Of a stretch of 64,000 nucleotides of DNA, positions 22,160 to 30,148 are shown piece after piece (the stretch's first letter is position 1; every line of letters starts with the position of its first letter). The translations under genes were made by a program, and so were the position numbers. The notes beneath the pieces are model-generated. The model had not been told where the DNA came from, searched no databases, and worked only from the letters and a program-made list of their open reading frames with translations. Source of the DNA: a bacterium (GTDB lineage: Bacteria > JAHJDO01); contig JAUSPT010000024.1 of assembly GCA_030652805.1 (NCBI GenBank), positions 37,050 through 101,049 on the forward strand, in the 5' to 3' direction.

Positions 22160-23229
22160 TTATGAGTAAAGAGTTTAGCAGAGCTCTGTTTGAGTACAAT
22201 CCTATTGAAACCGTAGTCGTGGATTTGGAAGGAAGAATAATCGACTTTAATCTGGCAAAAAAGAACTCAGGGGATAGATTGCCCAATATTGGGGATGGGA
22301 TGTACAAGGATTATGCAGCTCATCATGAGATTGACATGTATGCTGAATTGATAAAATGTATCAGAACAAGTAAGGTAAAAAAGTTTCCTGAGAAAAAATA
22401 TAAAAAGAGGTTTCTATCCATAACAATAGCTCCCTTTCCCAAAGGGGCAATTATAACATCTCTAGATGTCACCGAGCACAAGAAAGAGACAGAAATAGAG
22501 AGGAAAAGAGCTACAGAGGCGAAAAAGGATTATGAACAACTACAAGCCAATAAGGACGATTTGATTCGCTCCGAGAAACTTGCCTTTACCGGCCGCATAG
22601 CCGCAAATATTGCTCATGAGATAAGAAATCCCCTGACCAATGTAGCTATGGCAGTCCAGCAGCTTGGGAAAACCATTAAACAGGAAGGACACATTGCTAA
22701 ACATATGGACATCATTAAAAGAAACACAGAAAGGATTAACTATTTAATTACTGAACTCCTAAATTGTGCCCGCCCGCCAAAACTTAATATACAGCCATGT
22801 AATATTCATAAGGTATTAGAAGATATTTTAGAGTCCAACAAGACTAAGATTAGTTCAAAAAATATAAAGATAATTAAAAGGTTTACCTCTGACACATTCA
22901 TAATAAAGATTGATAAAGAACAAATGCAGCGTGCCTTCTTAAACATAGTCATCAATGCTATTGAAGCTATGCCCAAGAGAGGCAAATTGACCATTATTAC
23001 AGAGTTTAAGGGAAATCTTTTTGAGGTGAAGGTTCAAGATACAGGTAAAGGCATTCCTGAAGAAGATATTATCAGGATATTTGACCCTTTCTTTAGTTCC
23101 AAGTCCGGGGGTGTAGGCTTAGGATTGACTATATGTTATGGGATTATTGTGAGCCATGGCGGTACTATAGAGGTAGAAAGCAAGCCGAAAGAAGGGTCTA
23201 TCTTTATGGTATCTTTGCCAATTGGGTAA
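22156..23229 (+). CDS. sensor histidine kinase (PAS-like - HisKA - HATPase_c), cytoplasmic
   Basis: H-box IAHEIRNPLTNV, N-box, G-boxes DTGKGI/GVGLGL; start overlaps upstream stop (ATGA). Confidence 0.8.
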   Translation: MIMSKEFSRALFEYNPIETVVVDLEGRIIDFNLAKKNSGDRLPNIGDGMYKDYAAHHEIDMYAELIKCIRTSKVKKFPEKKYKKRFLSITIAPFPKGAIITSLDVTEHKKETEIERKRATEAKKDYEQLQANKDDLIRSEKLAFTGRIAANIAHEIRNPLTNVAMAVQQLGKTIKQEGHIAKHMDIIKRNTERINYLITELLNCARPPKLNIQPCNIHKVLEDILESNKTKISSKNIKIIKRFTSDTFIIKIDKEQMQRAFLNIVINAIEAMPKRGKLTIITEFKGNLFEVKVQDTGKGIPEEDIIRIFDPFFSSKSGGVGLGLTICYGIIVSHGGTIEVESKPKEGSIFMVSLPIG

Positions 23230-23326
23230 AGATCAAAAGTTAGAAAAAGTAAAATTTTGAGATAAAAAAGGCACAAAGTGACAAAGGCGCAAAAGATGCT
23301 CGTTTACATAACGGAGAGTGAATATA

Positions 23327-23407
23327 AACTCACCCTGACCCTCTCTTGAGTAGAGAGGGAATGTTCCCCTTCTCTGTCAAGAGAAGGGGCGAGGGGATGA
23401 GTTGAGT
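23327..23407. repeat. composite inverted pair of a short dispersed repeat (second copy at 60721-60753)
   Basis: AAACTCACCCTGACCCTCTCTTGAGTAGAGAGGG ... CCCCTTCTCTGTCAAGAGAAGGGGCGAGGGGATGAGTTGAGTT. Each half is a hairpin (CCCTCTC..GAGAGGG) plus GGGTGAGTT tail, matching 60721-60753 in both orientations. Confidence 0.55.
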
Positions 23408-23439
23408 TCACTAAATATTTACGACGACGGAGTGTAATA

Positions 23440-24048
23440 GTGGAAATAAAATATGATATTAGAAGAGGCGCAGATATATATCGGGCAATTTATGGAGCTC
23501 GATTACAGAAATGGATTCTTGCAGGTAAGATAAAGCGAGGAGAAGTAATTGTCTGGCGAAGCGGTCTTTCAGGCTGGCGCAAAGCCGAAGAACTTGAAGA
23601 ACTGGCGCCATTTTTTGAACAGTGGGAAAAAGAACAATTAAGAGAAACAAAGAGGCAAAAAGAGCAAGTCTTCTTAAGGAAGAAACAGAAGAAGATAAAG
23701 AATATTTTGATAATAGACGATGAGAAGGATTTGTGTTCGCTCCTGTCTGACGCCTTAATCCAGAGAAACTACAATGTATCGATTGCAAACACAAAAAGAG
23801 AAGCTATGGCTTATCTTAAAAAGAAATCACCTGATTTAGTTCTGTTAGACCTAAAACTACCTGATGGCGATGGAATAAAAATCCTTCCTAGGATCAAAAG
23901 GGTAAATCCAGAGACAGTAGTGATTGTAATTTCTGCCTATGGAAGCGAAGAAAGCAGACAAATGGCAAAAAAGGGAGGAGCTTTTACCTTTATAAACAAG
24001 CCGTTTACTGAAGAAGATATATTAAGGAGTATAAAAGTACTCTCATAA
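23440..24048 (+). CDS. response regulator: N-terminal DUF4339/GYF-like domain, K/E-rich linker, receiver domain
   Basis: GWRKAEELEELAPFF (DUF4339-like), then ILIIDDEKD...LLDLKLPDGDG receiver. Confidence 0.65.
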   Translation: MEIKYDIRRGADIYRAIYGARLQKWILAGKIKRGEVIVWRSGLSGWRKAEELEELAPFFEQWEKEQLRETKRQKEQVFLRKKQKKIKNILIIDDEKDLCSLLSDALIQRNYNVSIANTKREAMAYLKKKSPDLVLLDLKLPDGDGIKILPRIKRVNPETVVIVISAYGSEESRQMAKKGGAFTFINKPFTEEDILRSIKVLS

Positions 24049-24059
24049 CAGAGGGCAGC

Positions 24060-25439
24060 ATGGAGACGATTCTAATAGTAGATGATGAGAAGGACTTGCG
24101 TTTTAATCTTTCCAACATTTTGAAGGACGAAGGTTACAACGCAATCGCTGTGGGAGACGGAAGGAAAGCGCTTAATGCAGTTAAGAAAAATTCTCCCAAT
24201 TTGGTCCTGCTGGATATGAAGCTTCCTGAAATGGATGGGATGCAGATTCTAGAGAAGATGAAGCTGATTGATAAGGATTTGATTATTATAATGCTTACTG
24301 CTTATGGAAATCTAAATGGAGCGGTAAAAGCAATGAAATTAGGGGCATTTGACTATCTTGCCAAGCCTTTTGATAATGAAGAATTAATTCTTGTAATAAA
24401 AAGGGCTCTTCGGACCCAATATTTAGCCAAGGAAGTAGAAACTCTAAAAAAACGGGTTGGTGAAAAAATTACAGCAGAAGAGCTAATGGGAGAAAGCCCT
24501 CAAATAAAGCAAGTCTTAAAACAGATTAAGATAATTGCTCCGACCAATATGACTGTAATACTTCAAGGTGAAAGCGGAACAGGCAAGGAATTGATTGCTC
24601 AGATGATCCATCAGGAAAGTCCGCGAAAAAATGACCCTTTTATTGCTATAGACTGTGGCGCAATTCCCGATACATTGGCTGAGAGTGAACTCTTTGGTCA
24701 TGAGAAAGGCGCCTTTACAGGAGCTGATGCTCAAAAAGAAGGCAGGTTTGAAGAGGCTAATGGAGGAACTCTGTTTCTGGATGAGATTACAAATCTCTCT
24801 TCTACTACGCAGAGAAAACTTCTCAGAGTGATACAGGAAAGAAGGCTTCAGCATATAGGCGGCAAGAGAAGTATAAAAGTTGACGTCAGAATAATCGTGG
24901 CTACGAACATTAATCTCTCAGGCGCGGTAAGGCGGGGTAAATTTAGAGAGGACCTCTTCCATAGGTTAAATGAATTTCATATTTCACTTCCCCCGCTTCG
25001 GGAAAGAAAAGATGACATCCCCCATTTAGCCATGCGTTTTTTGGGGGGAGGAAATCAGGAATTAAATAAAAAAATAGAAGGGTTTTCTTCTGATGTAATG
25101 AAATTGCTTCTGGATTATCCCTGGCCGGGCAATGTTAGAGAATTAAAGAATGTAGTCAGAAAAGCAGTGCTTCTGTGCGATTCCAATCATATCAAACCGG
25201 AACACTTTCCATTAGATAATATTGCTTCCACTAAAAAGCTTGAATTTCAGCAGGATTTGGATAAAGGAGTCTCCCTCAAAGAGATAACTAAAAAAGCGAC
25301 AGGACAGATAGAAAAGGAAGCTATTGAGCAAGCACTGGCAAAAGCCGGCGGCAATAAAAGTAAAACCGCCAAAATCCTCAAAATAGACCGCATGACCCTC
25401 TATTCTAAGATGAAGGAATATCAGATACGTAGACTGTAA
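24060..25439 (+). CDS. sigma54-dependent transcriptional activator, NtrC family (receiver - AAA+ - Fis-type HTH). Candidate gas-vesicle regulator, GvrA-like
   Basis: Receiver LLDMKLPEMDG; Walker A GESGTGKE; GAFTGA motif; ESELFGHEKGAFTGA; C-terminal HTH KTAKILKIDRMTLYSKMK; immediately upstream of a sigma54 promoter and gvpA. Confidence 0.9.
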   Translation: METILIVDDEKDLRFNLSNILKDEGYNAIAVGDGRKALNAVKKNSPNLVLLDMKLPEMDGMQILEKMKLIDKDLIIIMLTAYGNLNGAVKAMKLGAFDYLAKPFDNEELILVIKRALRTQYLAKEVETLKKRVGEKITAEELMGESPQIKQVLKQIKIIAPTNMTVILQGESGTGKELIAQMIHQESPRKNDPFIAIDCGAIPDTLAESELFGHEKGAFTGADAQKEGRFEEANGGTLFLDEITNLSSTTQRKLLRVIQERRLQHIGGKRSIKVDVRIIVATNINLSGAVRRGKFREDLFHRLNEFHISLPPLRERKDDIPHLAMRFLGGGNQELNKKIEGFSSDVMKLLLDYPWPGNVRELKNVVRKAVLLCDSNHIKPEHFPLDNIASTKKLEFQQDLDKGVSLKEITKKATGQIEKEAIEQALAKAGGNKSKTAKILKIDRMTLYSKMKEYQIRRL

Positions 25440-25511
25440 ATCGTATATCGTATACAGCACACGGCTAACGAAATACGGACGACGAAATACGAAATACAGC
25501 ATGCAAAGCGC

Positions 25512-25529
25512 TGTAGAATAGAGTCTACA
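25512..25529. promoter_or_regulatory. palindromic upstream activator sequence candidate (TGTAGA-N6-TCTACA)
   Basis: Perfect 6-bp inverted repeat about 190 bp upstream of the -24 element; shares the half-site with the 25567 palindrome. Confidence 0.5.
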
Positions 25530-25566
25530 CTATATAAAGGAACACGTAGGGTTGTTGTAAAATAAA

Positions 25567-25584
25567 TTCTACACAGATGTAGAA
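25567..25584. promoter_or_regulatory. palindromic upstream activator sequence candidate (TTCTACA-CAGA-TGTAGAA)
   Basis: Perfect 7-bp inverted repeat about 120-135 bp upstream of the sigma54 -24/-12 element; typical bEBP enhancer distance. Confidence 0.55.
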
Positions 25585-25701
25585 ACAACTCTACGCTTTT
25601 TGCCTTTAAATTTCCTCTGCTTTTAAGCTCCTCAGAATTCTTTCAAAAGATATTTTTAAAAAAGAGGATACGCAAGCCGAAATTTTTTTTAGCAGATACT
25701 T

Positions 25702-25717
25702 TGGCACGGAATTTGCT
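25702..25717 (+). promoter_or_regulatory. sigma54 (RpoN) -24/-12 promoter of gvpA
   Basis: TGGCACGgaatTTGCt. Exact match to TGGCACG-N4-TTGCW with correct GG/GC spacing; about 113 bp upstream of gvpA ATG; NtrC-type activator encoded immediately upstream. Confidence 0.8.
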
Positions 25718-25830
25718 TTTACAATACAGATGGTCGCAGATGAAAAATCGCAGATGGGTACAGATGTTCAATCTGCGCTGGTCTGTGAAAATAATCTGCG
25801 CTAATCTGTGAAAGAGGGGAGGTGGAAAAA

Positions 25831-26037
25831 ATGGCAGTAGAAAAAGCAATCGGTTCATCTAGTTTGGTTGAGGTTATTGACAGAATCCTTGACAAGGGTG
25901 TTGTGGTTGATGCATGGGTTAGAATTTCTTTAGTTGGTATTGAATTACTCGCTATTGAAGCAAGAGTCGTAGTCGCATCAGTCGAGACATACCTGAAGTA
26001 TGCTGAAGCAATTGGTCTAACCGCAACAGCAGCTTAA
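25831..26037 (+). CDS. gvpA: gas vesicle structural protein GvpA
   Basis: [60 protein letters not shown]. Near-identical to the canonical GvpA core; AGGTGG RBS before ATG 25831 (ORF track starts at upstream GTG). Confidence 0.95.
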   Translation: MAVEKAIGSSSLVEVIDRILDKGVVVDAWVRISLVGIELLAIEARVVVASVETYLKYAEAIGLTATAA

Positions 26038-26226
26038 GTATAGTTTAAAAAAAGGATTCTTGCCGAGCCACCCTTTTGAGCGCAGATTGGCGCAGATGTA
26101 AAAGACAGATGCACACAGAGAAATCTGTGATAATCAGCGTAAAAAAATCAGTGTTAATCTGTGGTTTAAACAGCATGGTTCGCCAAGAGATTCCTTTTTC
26201 CGTTCTGAGAAAAAAGGGGTAAAATT

Positions 26227-26925
26227 ATGGGAAGTGCCGAGGAAATGAAGAATTTGGCGCAAGGAATTGTTTCTTCTTATCAGGCCAGAGTTTCTGAAGT
26301 AGCCACGGTCATGGACAATGCTCACCAAATTCTTGAAGATTTTAAGCTCAAAAGAAGTGAGATGAGCAGTCAACTTAGAGAAACCCTTGCCAATGGAGAG
26401 TCTCTCAGAAAAAAGGATTTTGATAATATGATGAAAGGCATCCTTTCCCATCAAGAAGAAAGAGAAAAAGAGGTAAAAGATTTATTAAAGACTTTTTTTG
26501 AAGAACAAAAAGAAATAGCTGAAGCCATTAGGAAGAATTTGGCCGAAGGCGAAAGCGTGAGAATAAGTGATTTTAAAAAGATGCTCCAGGATATTCAGGC
26601 AAGGCAGAAACTCAGGGAAAATGAAGTAAGAACGACCCTAAAGGAATTTCAGGAAGGACATAGGGAGATGGCTGAGTCTTTGCACAGCCTTTTAAATAAA
26701 GAAGAGTCCTTACGGATTGAGGACTTTAAAGAGATGCTAAAAGATATTCGTTCAAGACAGATAGAGCGGAAAAAAGAAGTCAGAACCAAACTTGATGAAT
26801 TCAGGAAAGAACATCAAAATATGACTTCCGAATGGAATAAACTAACCGGTCTTATGGCCGAGAAAAGAGCCAGCAAGCTGAGAGGAGGTGAGAGAGAGGA
26901 AAAGTTGGAAGTTGCCAGGGTTTAA
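26227..26925 (+). CDS. tandem-repeat coiled-coil protein, candidate GvpC-like gas vesicle scaffold/strengthening protein
   Basis: Three ~50-aa repeats of pattern L..GES.R..DFK.ML.DI..RQ..RE.EVR..L.EF...H..M; hydrophilic, predicted all-helical; directly downstream of gvpA as gvpC is in cyanobacteria. Confidence 0.5.
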   Translation: MGSAEEMKNLAQGIVSSYQARVSEVATVMDNAHQILEDFKLKRSEMSSQLRETLANGESLRKKDFDNMMKGILSHQEEREKEVKDLLKTFFEEQKEIAEAIRKNLAEGESVRISDFKKMLQDIQARQKLRENEVRTTLKEFQEGHREMAESLHSLLNKEESLRIEDFKEMLKDIRSRQIERKKEVRTKLDEFRKEHQNMTSEWNKLTGLMAEKRASKLRGGEREEKLEVARV

Positions 26926-26995
26926 TTTTGGATCCTGGGTAAGTAACCTGATGTATGGGAACTAAGAAACTAGAAGTTTAAGAGGAGGAATAAAG

Positions 26996-28027
26996 ATGGG
27001 AATAGCAAGTGATATCAAAGCACTGGGTGAGGACATTGTTGCCTCTTATGATACGCGAGTAAGGGCGATAGGTGTGCTTGTCAAGGACGTCGACAAAATG
27101 CTTAAGGGTCTTCATACGGATCATAAGAGTATGGCTGCCAATCTTAAAGCTGGCCTTAACAAGGGAGAAGAAGATAGGCTCAATGCCTTTAAGCCAATGA
27201 TAGCAGAAATTCAGAAGCGGACAAAGGAAATAGAAGTCTATGTTAAAACTCTGCTCAAAAAGTTTCACAGCGAGCATATGGAAATGTCTGCCAATCTTAA
27301 TGCCTCTCTTGCAAAAGGAGAAGAGGATCGACTTAAGGACTTTAGAGCAATGATGGCTGATGTTAAGAAGTTTGTAGCGGATATGGTTGATACGACTGCG
27401 AAACTGATGAAGCAAATTCAGGCTGAACAGAAAGATAGAAATAAAGGAGTAGCTGATCTCCTTGCAAAGTTTGCGCAAGACCATGCATCTATGGCAGATG
27501 AGCTTAGAAAAAGCCTTGCAAAAGGAGAAACAAACAGGCTTGAAGACTTCAAAAAGATGATAGATAGTATCCAAAAATATGTGGCTGATGTAATTAGTGC
27601 GACTAAGCAGCTAATTAGCGAAATTCAAGCAAGGCAGGATGAGAGAAACAAAGAGGTTCTTGCTCTCTTACAGGCATTCCAGGCCGAAAGAGAAAAGATG
27701 GCTGCTAACTGGCAGGCTCTGGCTGCAACAATGGAGAAGAGAAGAGGCGGTAAGCCGATTCCAGTTAAAGTAGAAGCCAGGCAGGAAGTAAAGACTGTTG
27801 AAGAGGCAGTGAAAGAAAAACCCAAAGCTAAACCTAAGGCTGGGCCTAAACCCAAAACACCTGAAGGTCAGATATTAGCTTTGCTTAGGGAGCATGCTGA
27901 AGGCATGAGCTTGCCGAATTTAGGAAATGAAGCAGGCTGCCACTTTATAAAGCTGACCAGTCCAATGAGAGGTCTGCTGGATAAAGGCAAAGTTAGAAAA
28001 GAAGATAATCTTTACTTTATTGCTTAG
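26996..28027 (+). CDS. tandem-repeat coiled-coil protein (paralog of 26227 gene) with K/P-rich linker and C-terminal winged-helix-like domain
   Basis: Repeats ...SLAKGEEDRLKDF.AMM.D..K.V.D...; KPKAKPKAGPKPKTPEG linker; C-terminal ILALLREHAEGMSLPNL... Confidence 0.5.
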   Translation: MGIASDIKALGEDIVASYDTRVRAIGVLVKDVDKMLKGLHTDHKSMAANLKAGLNKGEEDRLNAFKPMIAEIQKRTKEIEVYVKTLLKKFHSEHMEMSANLNASLAKGEEDRLKDFRAMMADVKKFVADMVDTTAKLMKQIQAEQKDRNKGVADLLAKFAQDHASMADELRKSLAKGETNRLEDFKKMIDSIQKYVADVISATKQLISEIQARQDERNKEVLALLQAFQAEREKMAANWQALAATMEKRRGGKPIPVKVEARQEVKTVEEAVKEKPKAKPKAGPKPKTPEGQILALLREHAEGMSLPNLGNEAGCHFIKLTSPMRGLLDKGKVRKEDNLYFIA

Positions 28028-28043
28028 TGAATGGAGGTGAAAG

Positions 28044-28364
28044 ATGAGCGAGATAAAATGTGCTTTCTGCAAAGGCACGGGCAAGGATCCATTTGATCTT
28101 CTATCCGAGCTTGCTGTCTGCCAGGTTTGCGGAGGCAGGGGTAAAGTTGAGGTAAAAGAGCCGGCAATCAAGTGTGTCTTTTGTAGCAGCACCGGTATCT
28201 ATCCTCGTAGTCGAGTTACCTGCACTGTATGTAATGGCAAAGGAATGGTTGCGGTTAAAGGCGCGACTGACGAGTGCCCTAAGTGCAAAGGCACAGGCAG
28301 AGCAATAGATAGCGGACTTCCCTGCATTAAATGTGGAGGCAAAGGGGTCGTTTCAAAAAAATGA
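28044..28364 (+). CDS. DnaJ-type cysteine-rich zinc-finger (CxxCxGxG repeat) protein
   Basis: Six CxxC(x)GxG motifs (CAFCKGTG, CQVCGGRG, CVFCSSTG, CTVCNGKG, CPKCKGTG, CIKCGGKG), as in DnaJ CR domain. Confidence 0.7.
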   Translation: MSEIKCAFCKGTGKDPFDLLSELAVCQVCGGRGKVEVKEPAIKCVFCSSTGIYPRSRVTCTVCNGKGMVAVKGATDECPKCKGTGRAIDSGLPCIKCGGKGVVSKK

Positions 28365-28546
28365 CTGAATTAAACTCCTCCAGGGAAGACTTTCTTAGAA
28401 AAAGAAAGGAAGCGTTAGATAAGTTGAGTTCCTGCCGGGAAGGTTTTAGAAGGAAGGAGAAGAGAATAAAAGCGGATTTGGCAGAGGCGGGCAAGACTTG
28501 GGAGAAAGTGAGCCAAAAGTTCAAGTGGTGGCAGTCTCTGCCCTAG
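28361..28546 (+). CDS. small basic hypothetical protein
   Basis: ATG overlapping upstream stop (ATGA); MTELNSSREDFLRKRKEALDKL...; no recognisable domain. Confidence 0.3.
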   Translation: MTELNSSREDFLRKRKEALDKLSSCREGFRRKEKRIKADLAEAGKTWEKVSQKFKWWQSLP

Positions 28547-28586
28547 AGGAAAAGAAAACAAAAATCAAAAAAGGAGGTAAGATAAG

Positions 28587-29507
28587 ATGGCAGCTGTTGA
28601 GGAGATGACCACAGTACTTGAACCAAGTCCTTTATCAGACTTTGTGGAAACAAAGTATGTGAAGGATGTCACTAATCGGACACTTTCCTATATTAAGGCC
28701 GGTTTTCCGGTCCATTTTCGAGGTCCTTCAGGGACAGGAAAGACCACTCTGGCTATGCATGTAGCCAGTAAGGTTAAAAGGCCGGTGGTAATGATTCACG
28801 GGGATGAAGAGTTTACAACCTCTGATTTGGTGGGTGGTGAACATGGCTACAGGTTTAGAAAGGTTGTAGACAGATTTGTCTCCAGGGTGTTGAAAGTGGA
28901 AGAAGATATGGTAAAGCGCTGGGTGGATAACCGTTTAACGGTTGCCTGTAAGTATGGTTTTACCCTTATCTATGATGAATTCACACGTTCCCGTCCTGAG
29001 GCAAACAATATTCTTCTCTCTATTTTGCAGGAGAAGATGATGGATCTGCCAGTGGGAAGAGGCGGAGAAGAACCGTATTTAAAGGTTGACCCTGATTTTA
29101 CCGCTATTTTCACATCAAACCCTGAGGAATATGCCGGAGTTCATCGGAGTCAGGACGCTCTTAGGGACAGAATGATAACCATGGATTTGGACCATTTTGA
29201 TTATGATACGGAAATAGGTATTACCAGGGCAAAATCCAAACTCTCTAAACAAGATTCTGAGAGGATAGTTAATATTGTAAGAGGATTGAGGGAATCAGGA
29301 AAGTGTGAGTATGCACCAACCGTACGCGGCTGTATTATGATTGCTAAGACGCTTAAAGTTCTGGGCACTGCTCCTGCTAAGAGTAATGGTTCCTTCAGCG
29401 CGATGTGTCAGGACATATTGGCTTCTGAGACCAGTAGAGTTGGCTCAAAGACGAATCAGGACAGGGTAAAGGGGATAGTTAAGGAGTTGGTTAAGAAATA
29501 TAGTTAA
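28587..29507 (+). CDS. gvpN: gas vesicle protein GvpN (AAA+ ATPase)
   Basis: Walker A GPSGTGKTTLAMHVA, Walker B LIYDEF; length and position typical of GvpN (CbbQ/NirQ-like AAA+). Confidence 0.88.
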   Translation: MAAVEEMTTVLEPSPLSDFVETKYVKDVTNRTLSYIKAGFPVHFRGPSGTGKTTLAMHVASKVKRPVVMIHGDEEFTTSDLVGGEHGYRFRKVVDRFVSRVLKVEEDMVKRWVDNRLTVACKYGFTLIYDEFTRSRPEANNILLSILQEKMMDLPVGRGGEEPYLKVDPDFTAIFTSNPEEYAGVHRSQDALRDRMITMDLDHFDYDTEIGITRAKSKLSKQDSERIVNIVRGLRESGKCEYAPTVRGCIMIAKTLKVLGTAPAKSNGSFSAMCQDILASETSRVGSKTNQDRVKGIVKELVKKYS

Positions 29508-29585
29508 AAGACAGAGGGCAGAAGGCAGAAAGCAGAAAAATCTGCTCTCAGAAATCTGGTTTCTGAATAAGAGAGGAGAAAGAAA

Positions 29586-29756
29586 ATGACACTGATGAGG
29601 ACGTTTTCTAAAGTGGAAAAAGATGGGAAGATAAAACTTCCCGGTAATATTCAGCGAGCAGCAGGTCTTAAAGAAGGCCAGTTGATTGAGCTGAAGATTG
29701 TAGGAGCAAGCAGGAAGAAGAATATCTTGCTCTCGGCTAAAGATAGCGCAAGATAG
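29586..29756 (+). CDS. AbrB/MazE/SpoVT-type swapped-hairpin DNA-binding protein (56 aa; not in ORF track)
   Basis: MTLMRTFSKVEKDGKIKLPGNIQRAAGLKEGQLIELKIVGASRKK. Classic AbrB-N pattern (KVxxxGxIxIPxxIRxxLGIxxGDxV); preceded by TCAGAAA-TCTGG-TTTCTGA palindrome and GAGAGGAGAAAGAAAATG RBS. Confidence 0.5.
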   Translation: MTLMRTFSKVEKDGKIKLPGNIQRAAGLKEGQLIELKIVGASRKKNILLSAKDSAR

Positions 29757-29791
29757 GTCTGTAAGTTTCTCACATTATAAGGGAGAGAACA

Positions 29792-30127
29792 ATGAAGGAT
29801 GTTAATAGTCTGCCGGGACTCCATAAGTTGAGGACTATGTTTAGTGCCAAGAAGAGGTCCATACCAAAGGTTCAAAGCTCGGGTTATTTAGATTTGTATA
29901 TGCTCGGGAAAGAGAAAGAGAGACTCCTGAAGGAAGATGAGAGGCTGGATATGAGAAAAGACACTCTCAAGAAGCGCCTGGAGGAGATAGACCTGGAGAT
30001 GAATCAACTACAGGAGGTCTCGAAAAGCGGGATTAAATCTGCTCCGGACATAGGTTTTTCAGGAGGCACTTTCACGCAGAAAAATGGAGTCAAAAAAGAG
30101 TGGAAAAAGATGTCTTTAAATTATTAA
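29792..30127 (+). CDS. hypothetical protein (gvp-locus accessory)
   Basis: ORF with coiled-coil central region; no recognisable motif. Confidence 0.4.
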   Translation: MKDVNSLPGLHKLRTMFSAKKRSIPKVQSSGYLDLYMLGKEKERLLKEDERLDMRKDTLKKRLEEIDLEMNQLQEVSKSGIKSAPDIGFSGGTFTQKNGVKKEWKKMSLNY

Positions 30128-30148
30128 CAACTGCATAGGTGGTTGAGA

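Noticed and set aside
28331-28546. ORF-track start at 28331 (MWRQRGRFKK...) overlapping the end of the zinc-finger gene
   Set aside because: First 10 codons lie inside the upstream gene in another frame. ATG at 28361 overlapping the stop (ATGA) is a more plausible start, and even that gene is low confidence.
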